Part shown: positions 28,641 through 41,837 of the stretch, in pieces | Layout of the letters: the number at the start of each line of letters is the position of its first letter | Position numbering within the stretch: position 1 is the first letter of the stretch | Assembly: GCF_009914755.1 (NCBI RefSeq) | Contig: NC_060942.1 | DNA from: the human T2T-CHM13v2.0 reference genome, Homo sapiens | Direction: 5' to 3' (one strand) | Length of the DNA: 64,000 nt | Notes under the pieces: generated by a model | Databases searched by the model: none | What the model saw: only the letters and a program-made list of their open reading frames with translations | Told to the model about the DNA's origin: nothing | Position numbers and translations under genes: made by a program

Positions 28641-29969
28641 TTCCCAGTTCCTTTTAAACTCAGACAATTAACTCAGTCTCTGCATTTCCTCATCTGTCAC
28701 ATGGGATTGCTCACCATTCTCAAGTTTATTGGGAGTTTCACTTGGGAGAATAAATATGGAAGTATCTTTAAAAGCTAGAAGCCATACAAATGTCAGGTAT
28801 CATATTAAGAAAAGAGAAATAAGTGATTCGCACATAGAACACAGGCATTTTGTATCTTAGTCTGAGCCAGAGAGTCCCTAAAAGATCTCTTCCAATACCA
28901 TTATTTTGTTTATGAAGCAGTAAAGTGAGGCTCAGGGAGAGGAATTGCCTTATCTGAGGCCAGGTGGCTGACCAATGGCAGAGGCAAAATTAGAGCCCAG
29001 GTCTCCTGAGTCCCAGCCTAACCTTTGCTCCTGTCTATGCTGCCTTCCAAAAAGCCCAAAGATGTTATTGGATTTTCCCAAGGGCTATCTTGAGTACAGT
29101 AGCAATTATGTTACTAAGGTTGTTGTAGAAGGCAGTCCAGACCTTCTTTCTGATATTCATCCAGCCATGTATTGTACATTTACTATAAGGTGATACCTGC
29201 ATTGAGTGATTGGGAATAAAGGGTCATGAAAATGCTGTGTCTTCTTTGAACTCCTACTCTAGTGGAGGTAAGAGCTGGATGGGTTCTGAGAGGCATGGTA
29301 TGGCTTTCTTCCATTTTATTCCTTTTTATGGTGACAGTATTGACTGCCCTCAATTTCTTCAAATCAAAAAGTAGTTAAGAAGACCAAGGATAATTCCATC
29401 ACCTGAATATGTGTCCACCCAACCTCTGGCTAGCTCCCACAATGGCTGCTGCTTGGCCTGTTGATATAGCACTGTCTCTGCAGACACTCTGGTGTGTGTG
29501 CTAGGTCAACATCTTCCTTTCTGTCCCATTTCCTTCATCCTTGGAGTATAGGGGTCTGTGTGTGTGGATATTTAGAGGAAAAGGCTGCTTTCCACAAGAC
29601 CATTCTGTACTATGGAAATCCTGACTTCTAAGGCTTCCACCCACTGTGGGAGGGGTGGTTTTGGTATGCGTGAGTACCATCCCAAGCTCCACCACCCTCT
29701 AATGCAACCTGTGGGTACCTTGCAGGACTTTAGGCACAACTATCAATTTGTCTGTGTTGCATCCCATTCTTCCCAAAATCTGTTTCCATTCCAAGGTGTC
29801 TCTTGTCTGTAGCTGGTGCCTTTCCTCTGCCCGTACCTGCTGAGAGTAAAGGATTAGTCACTGACACTTTAGCATGAATTTAAAAAGCCTCTTTTTCAAA
29901 GAACCTTTATTTTTCAGTGTTGAAGGAAGCACCATGTCCCTTGAAAAGGAAATGTAGGGCCAATCATCT

Positions 29970-30026
29970 CTCTCTAGAGACAGAGAGAGCGAGAGAGAGA
30001 GAGAGTGTGTGTGTGTGTATGTGTGT
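29970..30026. repeat. (GA)n(GT)n microsatellite
   Basis: Visible dinucleotide runs. Confidence 0.9.
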
Positions 30027-30378
30027 TTGGGGAGGTAGGGTTGTGGAATGAGTCAATTTTTATATATCTTCCCCAAGTCATTCCTGTCAAAAAAGTACAG
30101 TTTGGGAACAGAACAGAGAACTTTCCTGTCCCCTCCATATTCTGAGAATATATACAAGTGAGTATTTTAGACTAGAACACATAGATTATGGGTGTGGATC
30201 CCTTTATTTCAGAGTGCCTTTACTTGTTATCTCATCTGATCATGTGCAGTTAGAAGGTAGACAGGGTAAGCGTTGTTGCCACTATGATGATGAAACTGAG
30301 ACCTAAAGGATTTAAGCTAGAGTAAGAGCTAGTCAATGACACAGTTGGGAACAAAATCCAAGTTTATTGAATCCATGC

Positions 30379-30870
30379 TGTGCAGTGAAGTTATCTCAGG
30401 CCTGAGCTGCTAAACCAAACACATTACAAGAATGGCCTGTGTTGTGGGGGACTGGCCCTTGACAGGCCCCTGGAAGAGAACCTCTCAGCCCTTGGAATAT
30501 CGTGCCTGCTAAGAGTGTTTTTGTGGGCTTGAGGCTGAGCAGCTGCAGTCCATCATGCAGGTGCCACATGCTAAAGCCCTTGACAGCAAGGCTCAGGTGA
30601 GCTCCCCTGCTGAACAGTGCTTTGCACATGTTGTCCCCCATCATTGCTGGGAGAATTAAGCATATCTCCATGGAACTCCACTGCAAGGGGACACCTGAAA
30701 GTTTGCACCTGATTTTCCCTGGACATTGCCCACACACTTTATCCCTTTCCTGATTACTATCAGTATCCTTCCACTATAATAAACAAAATAATGAGTATAA
30801 CAGCTTTTCTGAGTTCTATTAGTCTAACAAACCATTGTGCCTACAGGTTGTCTTGGTGACTCCTGACACA
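30379..30870 (+). mobile_element. MER68/MER77-like ERVL LTR
   Basis: TGTGCAG ... CAGGCCTGAG start, AATAAA at ~30778, ends CTCCTGACACA. Confidence 0.6.
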
Positions 30871-30946
30871 AGTGCCTGACATTTCCCTTTAGACTGTACC
30901 TCTCTTAGCCCCATGATATCAGTCTATAATTCTATCAAGTCCACCG

Positions 30947-31352
30947 GCTATGGTTTGAATGTTTGTGTCCCCTCCAAAATTTGAATATTGGAACTTCAAC
31001 CCCAAGGTGATGGTATTAATTGGTGAGGCCTCTTGGGAGGTGATTAAGTCATCAGGGTCCCATCCTCATGAATGGGCTAGCACTCTTTGATGGAAGAGGT
31101 TGAAAGGAGAGCCCTAGTTCCCCTTTGCCCTCCCACCTTCCACCATGTGAGGACACAACATTCATTCCCTCTGGAGGACACAGAAATGAGGCACCATCTT
31201 AGAAGCAGAGACCAGGCCCTCCCTGGACACGGAAGCTGCTGGTGCCTGATCTTGGACTTCACAGCTTCCAGAGCTGTGAGAAATAAAGTTCTGTTCCTTA
31301 AAATTACCTAGTCTCAAGTATTTTGTTATAGCAGCATGAATGATTTAAGACA
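30947..31352 (+). mobile_element. MLT1A/MSTC-like MaLR LTR
   Basis: GCTATGGTTTGAATGTTTGTGTCCCC ... TTAAGACA. Confidence 0.8.
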
Positions 31353-32524
31353 ACAGGCTACCATTTGAAGAAGGCATTCATCAGGCCGGTTAATGTATGA
31401 ACTAAACTTTATTTACTCTCTCAAGATCTCTCTGTGATGAGTGCGCTCCCATGGAAGAAGTGTGCTGCCTGGAACATCTGGCTGAACCTGATGCTTGCAC
31501 CTTCCCTGAAGCCATAAATCTTAGGTATGGACACACTAGTCTGTCACATGAACACATCTGGAGGTTTCTTGAAGATTCTGAGATTTGGAGAGGGAGAATA
31601 TGTGAGGCTAAAGTTTAAAGACATCAATTTTCAGGGAAATCAGATTCCAAAGTATTATCAATTTAAACATTCAATGTCATAATCAAATAGCCCACCAGAG
31701 AATGTGGCCAGTGAATGTCTGGGTTGAATACAGAATTTTGTAAAATATGTGGTTTGGGGGATAATTTTTTTTTAAGTTAGTGAAATTTTTCTTTGGACAG
31801 AAAGAAGATTTAAGGCAATGAAGGAGTAAAAAAAATTAAAATGGGACAGGAAGGGTTAAAAAAGATGTAACCCCCAAAAACATTAAAAGATCGTCAAATA
31901 GACTCAAGTGCGAGTTTTAGTAAATGACAAAGTTGGCATTTCCAACCATGGGAGAGGATTAATTACTCAGGCAATGGTATCAGGACATGTGGTTTTATAT
32001 TGAGGAAAACATAAAGGTTAGAGTTAGAAAAAAAAGAGTTTTTTTTTCTTATTTGACACATTGAGTAAAAAATCTAAATGGATTAAAGAGTTAAATGATA
32101 AAAATGGAACCATAAGAGAGTTGGGAAAAAAATTGTTTCATTTGGAGTATGGAAGATCTTTCAAAGGATAAAAATAAAAGAAGCAGCATACAGAAAAAAG
32201 ACGAAGAGATTTACTAGATAAAACTGAAAGGCTCTGTATACCAAGTCTTACAAATAAAATTAAAAGGTTAATGAAGCACTGGAAAAATATTTGTACTGTA
32301 TAAGACATGCAAGAAAGGTTGAGTCTCAATACAGGAAGAGAACTTAATAAAAAATAGATGAATGTCAATTAGAAATAGAAATATAGGCAAAGGACATAAA
32401 CGGGCAATTCACAAACAAAGAAGACAAAAGGTAAATACATAGGAAAGAGATTCAACCTCAAGAATAGCAAAACAAAAAACATACAATCAAAAGGATAACA
32501 CGCTATTTTTTACCATGAAACTGG

Positions 32525-33010
32525 CCTTATCAGTTGCAGTACAACCAGGAAACAGGAACAATTTCACATATTTACCAAGACAGGATTTTAATTCAGGGTC
32601 TTGGTTACACAGGTGATGGAAAAAGCCAAGAGTGTAAACAGAGGACCATGAAGTAACTTAGAGAAAATTAGCAATGACAGGAAAAGATGATCACCTTTAG
32701 GCTGAAAGGACAGGAAGAGGAGGTGGTGTTGCCAGAGCCAGGGGCTGGGGACACTCCTCACTCCACACTCCAGGGAACGCAGCAACTACCAGATATGTCT
32801 TCTCCAGTAGAGAGGGAGGGAGAGAAATACCTTGGCTTCCCTCTTCCTTTTACTTTCCAATGTCCCATTGATACTGCCCATTGGCCACACCTAGGTGGAT
32901 AAAGCTGGATAAATGCAGCCTGCTGTGGTCACCTCTCGTCTTTAATACATAGCAGAGAAAGCAAAGGGTGAGAAAGAGGTCTGAGGACAAACTGGCCAGG
33001 ACCACACACT
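32525..33010 (-). mobile_element. LTR33-like ERVL LTR inside old L1 sequence (~31900-33200)
   Basis: Interrupts L1M-like sequence and resembles remembered LTR33 motifs. Confidence 0.45.
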
Positions 33011-33370
33011 GATAGAGGCTAAAGCCATGACAATGTTTGCAAGGATGCAATGAAATGCTACTTTTATACAAGGCTGCTGCTGTACCAATTTACAATTTAC
33101 AACTCTCCAGGAGAAGAAACTTGGTAATGTCTGTTAAAGCTTTAAGAAGATGCCCTTTGACCTAGCAATTGCAGTTCTAAGAATTTACCCAAAGAAATAT
33201 TAGTGATAGAGGAAAAGCAGCATGCAGCTTAAGCCAAGGTCCCCTCATCCTCAGCCCCTCCTTCTGCAATTGCTTGGCTCTGACCCCATGTCAACCTGGA
33301 TGTAACTCCGTAGCGCTTCAAGTTCCCCCAAATACTCTACTTGAAACACAAGTCAATGAACAATGTAGAC

Positions 33371-33593
33371 CAAACTTGTCCAACCCATGGCCTGTGGGCC
33401 GCTTGAAGCCCAGGACAACTTTGAATGCGGCCCAACACAAATTCATAAATTTTCTTAAGACATTGTGAGATTTTTTTGTGATTTTTTATATTTTTTTAGT
33501 TCGTCAGCTGTTGTTAGTGTATTCTATGTGTGGCTCAAGACAATTCTTCTTCTTCCAATGTGGCCCAGGGAAGCCAAAAGATTGGACACCCCC
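33371..33593. mobile_element. MER30 (hAT-Charlie)
   Basis: TIR-like TGTCCAA ... TTGGACA and MER30 body GCGGCCCAACACAAATTCATAAATTTTCTTAA. Confidence 0.85.
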
Positions 33594-34289
33594 AAGACTT
33601 TACTGAAGATTTTGTAGAGGAGATAAAAGAGGGAGTTTACAGCACATTAATAGCAAATTATGAGTCTTCATCCGATGTTTCTGTTACCCCAAATCCCTTT
33701 TGTGCCCCACCACCCCTGTGCTTCTCTTTCAGAGCATGCAGTCCTGGTTCCTGCTCACTCTTCTCTGCGCTTTCATCCTTTTGTTTTGCTGCCTGTTCTC
33801 ACTCCTACCTCCAGCCATTCACACCCAAATCCATCCTGGAATTCAGAAAAATACAGAACTCTCCTGCTATCAGATGTCACTCTCCATAGAAGGAAACAGA
33901 GGCTTAAATTACAAATTCTTTCTTCTGTCATGTGTACAAGGATATCCCTCACACCATTATTTATAATAAAAGGTTTAAAATCTACATGTTCAAGAGTAGG
34001 GGATTGGTGACTCCCTTTTGAGGAAATACAATGTAGTTATAAAACATCACCCTGCAGAAAATGAGCTGACATAAAAAAAAATTTCAAATATTAAAACCAG
34101 ATTGGGTTTATTTTATTTAAACAAGTAAAAAACAAATAAAATGATACTCTCAGAACAAAAGCCTTGTTGGTGGCTGAATACAGAAAGCAGGAAAGATCTC
34201 AGCTGGATTTTAGTTGTAATCCACGTGTAAAGGCCAGAGAAGATGGGAAGCAGTTCCATATTGGCCCCAGCTGGTAGTAGTTGATGGGC

Positions 34290-34808
34290 GTGGTGTTGGT
34301 AATTTTTTCTGTCAACAGCCACATAGTAAATATTGTCAGATTTGTGGCCCATTTGGTTTCTGTTGCAATGGCTCAATTCTGCTGCTTAGCACCAAAGCCC
34401 CCACAGACAATACACAGATGAATGAGCATGACTGTGTTCCCATAAAACTTTACTTAAAGACCCTGAAATTTGAATTTCATAATCTTTTCATGGGTCATGA
34501 AATATTCTGTTTTTTCCAACCATTTAAACATGTGAAAACCAGCCAGGCATGGTGGCATGTACCTGTAGTCCCAGCTACTCAGGAGGCTGAGTTGGGAGGA
34601 TCACATGAGCCCAGGAGTCTGAGGTTACAGGGAACTATGATTGTATCATTGTACTTCAGCCTGGGCAACAGAGAAAGACTCTGTCGCTTAAAAAGAAAAA
34701 GAAAAAAATTAAAATAATTCAAAAATGTGAAAACTATTCTTACTTTGGGAGCCAAAAAAAAAGAAGAGGCCACAGGCCAAATCATGGGCCATGTTTTGCT
34801 GATCCCTG
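34290..34808 (+). mobile_element. MER58B interrupted by a free right Alu monomer (FRAM, 34541-34720)
   Basis: MER58B halves flank a single right arm. TSD AAA(C/A)ATGTGAAAAC at 34526-34539 and 34721-34734. Confidence 0.85.
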
Positions 34809-34859
34809 AATTAGGAAATCATGATTTTGATCCCATTGAGCCAAAGCACTTAGCAAAGT

Positions 34860-35350
34860 GTGAAACTATAGGGAGAAAAATACCTTTTCTCACTCAACAC
34901 TTAGTTTAAGGCTGGGGCACCTATAACAAAAGAGAAATTAACAAGAGAAAAGCATACAAACTTATTTAATATTAAGTTTCACATGTTATGAAAGATTTCA
35001 GAAATACTGACCCAAAGAGACAGGGAAAACTGTGTATTTTTATGTTAAGTTTAATGAAGAAGTGGATAGGTATAGAGAAATAAGATTGGACAAAAGGGGT
35101 ACAATCTCATGGTAACAAATGGGAAAATTTAGCAAAGCCTGTTTATTCAGATTCTTCTCTGTGTTCCTGTGTCTTCAAGAATGAGGATATTACTTTCCTC
35201 CAGGTTTAGGGAAGGAACCTTTGGAATGACAGTTTTATGACCTCCCTCAGGGGAGAAGGCTGAGGAGAAGGTGAAAGTAACCTTCCTGCTTCTGCTGTTT
35301 TCTCAAATGCCAAAGTGCCATATTTTGGGGCAGCATGTCCTGAATCCTAT
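34860..35350 (-). mobile_element. MER34-group ERV1 LTR
   Basis: Reverse complement starts TAGGATTCAGGACATGCTGCCCCAAAATATGGCAC. Confidence 0.6.
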
Positions 35351-35542
35351 GAAAACAAAAACAGGAAAAACAAATCTCCAGTGAATGGGTCTTTTTGTGT
35401 TTTCTAAGTGCAGTAGACAGAATGGCCTTAAAGATGTTTAAATATGTTACATTACATGTGTCAAATGGTCTCTCTTCAACTGAAATGACCAGAGCTAAAA
35501 GAAATGTGTGGCCATGAGGACACTGTAACCTATGAATGACAT

Positions 35543-36410
35543 GCTGAGACCAGAAACCCAAAATCATGGTAACTGAGAGTGGTGCTAAGGCCCTCAGTTT
35601 TGGTCATACTCTCATCTAAGTAGGAACCTGACCAAAAAAGGGGAATTTTTAAAACAAAATTGTGGAAGGCCATTGTTTTGGACTGAGCTCGTGTATTAGG
35701 CCCCAACAGATCAAACCAAACCAAGACAGAGTCATTCATGCTAAATGTGACATAATCAACTAAGACTTTAATGAAATACATAGATCCTAGACCAGACCAG
35801 GTTTTGTTATTCTCCTGTAAACAGGATGTTCCAGCACAAGGAGGTACCCTCTACAAAAGTCCTTGTTCCTACCTTTGCAAAACTGACTGTTCTACTCTTT
35901 CCCAGTGGGTTTCAAGACCAAATAAGTACATTTATGATGGTGATAGTGACATCAATGACTAAAGTTTTGGTTGGTCAAGCTCTCAAAATTGAGAAAGTGA
36001 CCAAAAGGGGGGAATTGTTAAAGCAAACTAAATAGGGCCTGAGAAGGACTCCATACTTCAATATTTCAGTCCTTATGGGTGAACCACAACCTAACTTAAT
36101 AGGTAGATAAGATTGAAAACCTAACTTAGGAGTATGCATCTGTAACAATAGCTGAATCTTAGTCAATCCAGCAGCCACACTTCAACCTCTCATAGACTGC
36201 TGAGTGTTCAAACTGTGTCCAAATAAGGCAAACACCGAGCTGTAACCAATCCAGTTGTTTCTGTACCTCACTTCTGATTTCTGTATGTCACTTCTTTTAG
36301 TTGTCTATAAACTTTTTCTGACCACGAGGCATTCCTGGAGTTTCTCCAAATCTGCAGTGATTCTGGGGGCTGCCCAATTCAGGAATCATTCATTGCTCAA
36401 TTGAACTCCA
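35543..36410 (+). mobile_element. MER57-like ERV1: 3' internal region, PPT and LTR starting 36016
   Basis: PPT AAAAGGGGGGAAT directly precedes TGTTAAAGCAAACTAAAT. The LTR has CCAAT and TATAAA motifs and is 3'-truncated. Confidence 0.8.
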
Positions 36411-36500
36411 TAATTCCATAATTGTATTTGTGGTCTAGTTACTTAATTTTCCTGATCTCAGTTTTCTTATCTGTAAAAGGAGATAAGAATTTTCACCAAC

Positions 36501-37050
36501 TGTGATGGCTAATATTGAGTGTCAACTTGATTGGATTGAAGGTTGCAAAGTGTTGTTCTTGGGTGTGTCTGTGAGGGAGTTGCCAAAGAAGATTAACATT
36601 TGAGTTAGGGGACTGGGAGAGGTAGACTCACCCTCAATCTGGGTGGGCACCATCTAATCAGCTGCCAGCATGGCTAGAATAAAGTGGGCAGAAGAACATG
36701 GAAGGACTAGACTCACTGAGTCTTCTGGCCTTCATCTTTCTCCCATGCTGGATGCTTCCTGCCCTCGAATATCACACTCCAAGTTCTTCAGATTGCGGAC
36801 TGTTGGACTTACACCAGTGATCTGCCAGGGGCTCTCGGGCCTTCAGCCACAGACTGAAGGCTGCACTGTCTGCTTTCCTACTTTCGAGGTTTTTAGGACT
36901 CGGACTGGCTTCCTTGCTCCTCAGCTTGCAGATGGCCCATTGTGGGACTTCACCTTGTGATCGTGTGAGTCAATACCCCTTAATAAACTCCCCTTGATAC
37001 ACACATCTGTCCTATTAGCTCTGTCCATCTAGAGAACACTGACTAACCCA
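36501..37050 (+). mobile_element. MLT2A (HERVL) solo LTR
   Basis: TGTGATGGCTAATATTGAGTGTCAACTTGATTGG ... CA. Exact 5-bp TSD CCAAC at 36496-36500 and 37051-37055. Confidence 0.92.
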
Positions 37051-37837
37051 CCAACTGAGCTGCCTGGCTCTTTTATTATTGTTAACAGTTAACAGTTAAT
37101 TTGGCTTAATTTGCCTAGGTTGCAGGCAGGTATGGGAGGCCAGCTCATCACTGCTCCCACTTCAACTCAAACAGCAGTGCCAGAAAGTTCATTTGAAGAC
37201 AAATTATCCTGCTGGGAAACAAACAGAATAACCACCACCTCTGAAACTCAGACCTAGGTGCCTCCTTTTCCCTGGCTCCTACATCCAGTTGTTCTCCCCA
37301 TCTTCAGCAACTCTGTCTCCCAAACAGGCCTCCCTTCCCATAAAATCCCTGCCTTGGTCAAGCCTGAGTCATTTCTTTCCTGGACCACCACGGTGGTTTC
37401 TAACTATTCTCTTCCCTCAACCATGGAACCTGCCTGAGACTCAGTTTTCTCATCTATATATTTCAAATGCCACCCTCCTCAGGTTGCAGAATGAAATGAT
37501 AATTATATTCTCTGTGAACCATAGAACACTGATAAAATACGGTATAACAAGAGTCAGTCAACAGAGACCCACTTGCCCTAGTTTAAATAGGAAATAATGA
37601 GGGTTTTATGGAACTCAAAGTCTGCCAGGATCTCATCTCGGCTCCTGTTCTCACTGCTCTCCCTTCCCTTTCTCTTTCCACCTCCTTTGCTCCCCAGTTC
37701 ACAGGGCAGAACCTGGCCACATACAATGGATCCTGAGTTGTTTACTTCTCTTCCATCCTAACAGACCAGATGCTGTTATTAGATTATATATTTTAAAAGT
37801 CTGCTTAAACCCATTCAGTGCCATTGTGTGATTTCAA

Positions 37838-38253
37838 AGCTTAGTCCATTTTCTGCTGCTGTAACAGAACACAACAGAGTGGGTAATTTATATTTTAAAA
37901 AGTGTATTTGGTTCATGGATCTGGAGACTGGGAAGTCCAAGGGCATGGCAGCATCTTCTGGTAAGGGCTTTCATACTGTGTAATAACATGGTGGGAAAGC
38001 TGAAGGGCAAGTAGATGCATGTGGAAGAGACTGCAAGAGGGAGCCAAGCTTACTTTTATAACAACCTGCTCTCATGAAAACAAATTTACTCTTGAGAGAA
38101 CAAACTCACTACTAAGATAATGACATTAATCTCTTCTTGGGGGCTCAGCCCTTATGACTCAATAACCTCTTTAAGGCCCTACTTCTTAATATTGTTCCAT
38201 TGGCAATTATGTTTCCAATATATGAACTTTTGGGGGCACATTCAAACCATAGT
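37838..38253 (-). mobile_element. MST-like MaLR LTR
   Basis: CTTAGTCCATTTTCTGCTGCTGTAACAGAA ... ACATTCAAACCATAG. Confidence 0.8.
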
Positions 38254-39352
38254 GGAAGCTAATCCCAAACACCTTTCCCTGCACCCAGGGTCCTTTATGA
38301 CTTAGCTCCTGTCTCTCATCTGCCTCAGCCTCCATTTTGCATCCTGCCTTCTGCTCACTGAAACTTCTTTTAGTCCCCAAACATCTCCAGTTCTGTGGTG
38401 TCTCTCCACTGTGGTAGCTTATGTTCCCTCCTTATGGAGTACCTGCATCTCACCTGTCTGCCTTGTACATTTTTATCCACCACTCAAGACTAAGCTGAAA
38501 TGTTACCTGCTCTATTCTTACTCCTTTGGGCTCCTAAAGCACTGTGTATGTATAATAGTGCATAGATGTACCCACATATATATCAAAGTGTGTACATTCT
38601 AAATGTTAGTATGTGTACTCATTAGAACAATTTTTTAAAAGGTAAAATCATGACTCATACAGATGAGAAATGAAAATGTGTTAAGGATTTATCAATTAAT
38701 GAATCAATGAGAGAACCAGATGTCATAATCATTTCAAAGGAGAAATTTTAAAAACACAGATTTATAGGAGTTAAGGAATGTTGAAATGAATATGCAAATG
38801 GAGGCAAAGGTAGCATTTTCCACAGCAGAGGAGAAAAGTCAGTTCAACTTCTACCAGTTAGGGAAGAATTTGCATGTCTAAAGGTAAGAATTATTTTTCA
38901 TTGCTATCAGTTATCTATAATTTATCAAGAAGTAAAATAGCTTCCATAGAATCAGATAATCCCTGGGGTGTCCTTTAGAGTCCAAATAATACACAGTTTT
39001 CCACTTAAGCACATTTTTTTCCTACAGTACCCACCAAATGCTTAACAAACACTAGCAGCCTTTCTTAGAAGGTAGCTACTAGAACTGGGCCACAAAAAAG
39101 TCAGAGAATATCAGAGGGCAGGGTTGATTTCATATTCCCCTAGAGGAGTGCTGCCTTCGATTCTTCCTAAAAGCAGGATTGGTATCAGAGGTATGAGGGT
39201 TAGGAGGGTAGTTGGGGTTGCTGAGGAGATGAGGAGTTTTGTAAACACTCCTTTTGTACATGGCTGTAATAGATTTCCATTCATACCTATTTGGATTTAA
39301 TGAAGCAAATTTAATGTCCTGTCAGGTTTGTTAAAATTAGGTTGTAACCCAA

Positions 39353-39747
39353 TGCTTTGATTTTAATGTTTGTCCCCTCCAAAACTCATGTTGAAATTTG
39401 ATTGCCAATGTAATGGTATGGGAGTTGGGGCCTTTAAGAGGTTATTAGGCCATGAGGATTCTGCCCTCACAGGTGGGTTTAATGCCTTAATAAAAGAACT
39501 TGCAGAAGCAGGCTCTCTGGGCTCTTCTGCACCCTTGCCATGTGAGGAACAGTGCTCCTCTCTGGAGGATGCAGCACTCAAGGCATCATCTTGGGCATAG
39601 ACACAAGGCCCTTACCAGACACCAAACCTGCCAACACCTTGATATTGGACTTCCCAGCCTCCAGAACTGTAAGTCAATACATTTCTGTTCATTATAAATT
39701 ACCCAGTCTGCAATATTCTGTTATAGCAGCACAAAAGAACTAAGACA
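39353..39747 (+). mobile_element. MSTD/MSTC-like MaLR LTR
   Basis: TG...CA termini. Near-TSD CCCAA / ACCAA. Confidence 0.8.
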
Positions 39748-41554
39748 ACCAATAAATGAAAACTTAAAATGGGCAGAACATAAAAGCAATACAAATTTTT
39801 TGGAAAAGGGGGCCAGGAATAGCTATATTCTCCCTTTTATTGTGTCTCACAGTTTTACTTCCAGACACAAGTCTTCTTTGTGAAAGTGCCAACACCTCAG
39901 AGGTCTGAGACTTGCTATGAATCTTTTTTTAGTGCCCTTTAATAGTAAAAAAAAAAAAAAAAAAAAGGTTCAATAATTTCCCTCAGACTGGCCTAAACGG
40001 AGCCTTCCCCTTGTGGCCGGTGGAGGCTCTTTCTCCTTCTCCAGAGCTGCATTTTAATGAGACCCCAAGGGAGGCTTTGGGATGCAGGGAGCCAGCACTT
40101 TAGTTTAATTTAAGTGTCTGGCTCTTTTTATTTTATTTTTCTTCTTTCTGTGTCTTGGGCAGCTCCACTAGCTCCAGCTGAGAAGTTTAACTCATTTAAC
40201 ACTTCCAGATGCTCCCTGTTCTGAAGCACCAATGCTTGTGGCTTGTTGAAAAGTCCTTAGGAGACTCAGGGACATGAGAATAATGTGTCCAGTGACCATA
40301 AGGCTGTCTTTAAAAGAAGAACATCCTGTCAGTGAGGAAAACTGCACCTTTGTCACTTGCTTTGCGTCAACTTCAAGGCCCGACTTAACTATTTCCTCAG
40401 CATTCATTTAGCACTATTTATTAAGCACCTGTTTTAGGTTCTAGAACTTCAAAGATGAGGAAGCACAGAACGTACTTCTAATGAGGCTGCTGTCTAGTAT
40501 ATGATAAACACCAAAACAGACTACTATAAACAGGCTGGAGGTGGCCAGAGGCACATGATTAGGAGAAAAGAGCAAGGAGCAGAACAGCCTAAGTGATACA
40601 ATCCCATCTGAGTAACAAGAGTTATTTATACATATATATGGAGAGAAGATACATATGCTTACATATGAGCAGAACATTTCTGGAAGCATGCTGGATGACT
40701 GGTTATCTCTGAAGGCTTGGCTTTGGGGACTCTGGCATACAGGACAATTTTTAATTTCACTTTATATCCCTCTATATGTTCAAAAACCATTCTTTTTACA
40801 GTGAGCATACATTACTTATGGAATAAAACAACAGCAACCAGCATGGCAGTACCACCAAAGAGGTACATACAGTGAGTTATGGAAGCAATGAAACAAATCA
40901 GAAGATCCAAATTCAAGAATTTTCCTAATTATCTTAGATGGATCAATTTCTAGATTGTCATAGTTTTTGCTTACACATTTATGATATGTGACACTTATTC
41001 TCTACCACAGCCTGCCTTCCTGCCTTCTTTCCTTCCCTTCGTCCTTCCATGGATGTTTACTGAGATTCTACTATGCACAAGCTAGATGATTCAATATTGT
41101 ATTTGTTATCAAGCTTGATGGCATGTGACAGAAAGAAAAAACTAAAATGGTGGCTTAAAGAATCTAATTTTATTTTTCTCACACATGACGTGGTCTAGAG
41201 GTAGGCACTCATCCCAGGACTTGTATGGCAGTTGCAGGGTGGTCAAGGACCCAGGCTTTATCTAGCTTGCTATTCTCCCATCCTTGGCATGGCCTCTCAT
41301 GGTCTAAATTGGCTGCTCCAGATTCAGCTCCAGTATTCAAATTCCCACAAGCAGAAAGAAATAAAGAGGGGCTCCTGCCCTTCCTTTTAAGGAGACTTCC
41401 TAGAACTACCACACTACAATCTAATTAAATCTAATTGGCCAGAACTTAGCCATATGACCACATCTAGCTGCAAGGGAAGCTGGGATGGGCAGAGAAGCTG
41501 GGATATGTAGTATTTTAGCTGGGTGCATCACTGCCCTCAATAAATCTAGAATTC

Positions 41555-41837
41555 TTTTTTTTTTTTTTTTTGACACAAGATGTCACCCTGTTGACCAGGC
41601 AGTGGCATGATCATGGCTCACTGCAGCCTTGACCACCCAGACTCAGATGATTCTTTCACCTCAGCCTCCTGAGTAGCTGAAATTACAGGTGCATGCCACA
41701 ATGCTCATCTAATTTTTTGTAGAGATGGGGTTTTGCCATGTTACCTAGGCTGGTCTTGAACACCTGGGCTCAAGTGATCTACCTGCCTCAGCCTCCCAAA
41801 GTCCTGGGATTACAGGCATGAGCCACCACACCCAGCC
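41555..41837 (-). mobile_element. AluJ inserted in an old MLT1 (~41100-41890)
   Basis: Reverse Alu with poly(T). TSD TAG(A/G)ATTCTTTTT. Confidence 0.92.

Noticed and set aside
39947-39966. Isolated 20-nt poly(A)
   Set aside because: No TSD or retroelement body. Most simply a mononucleotide expansion.
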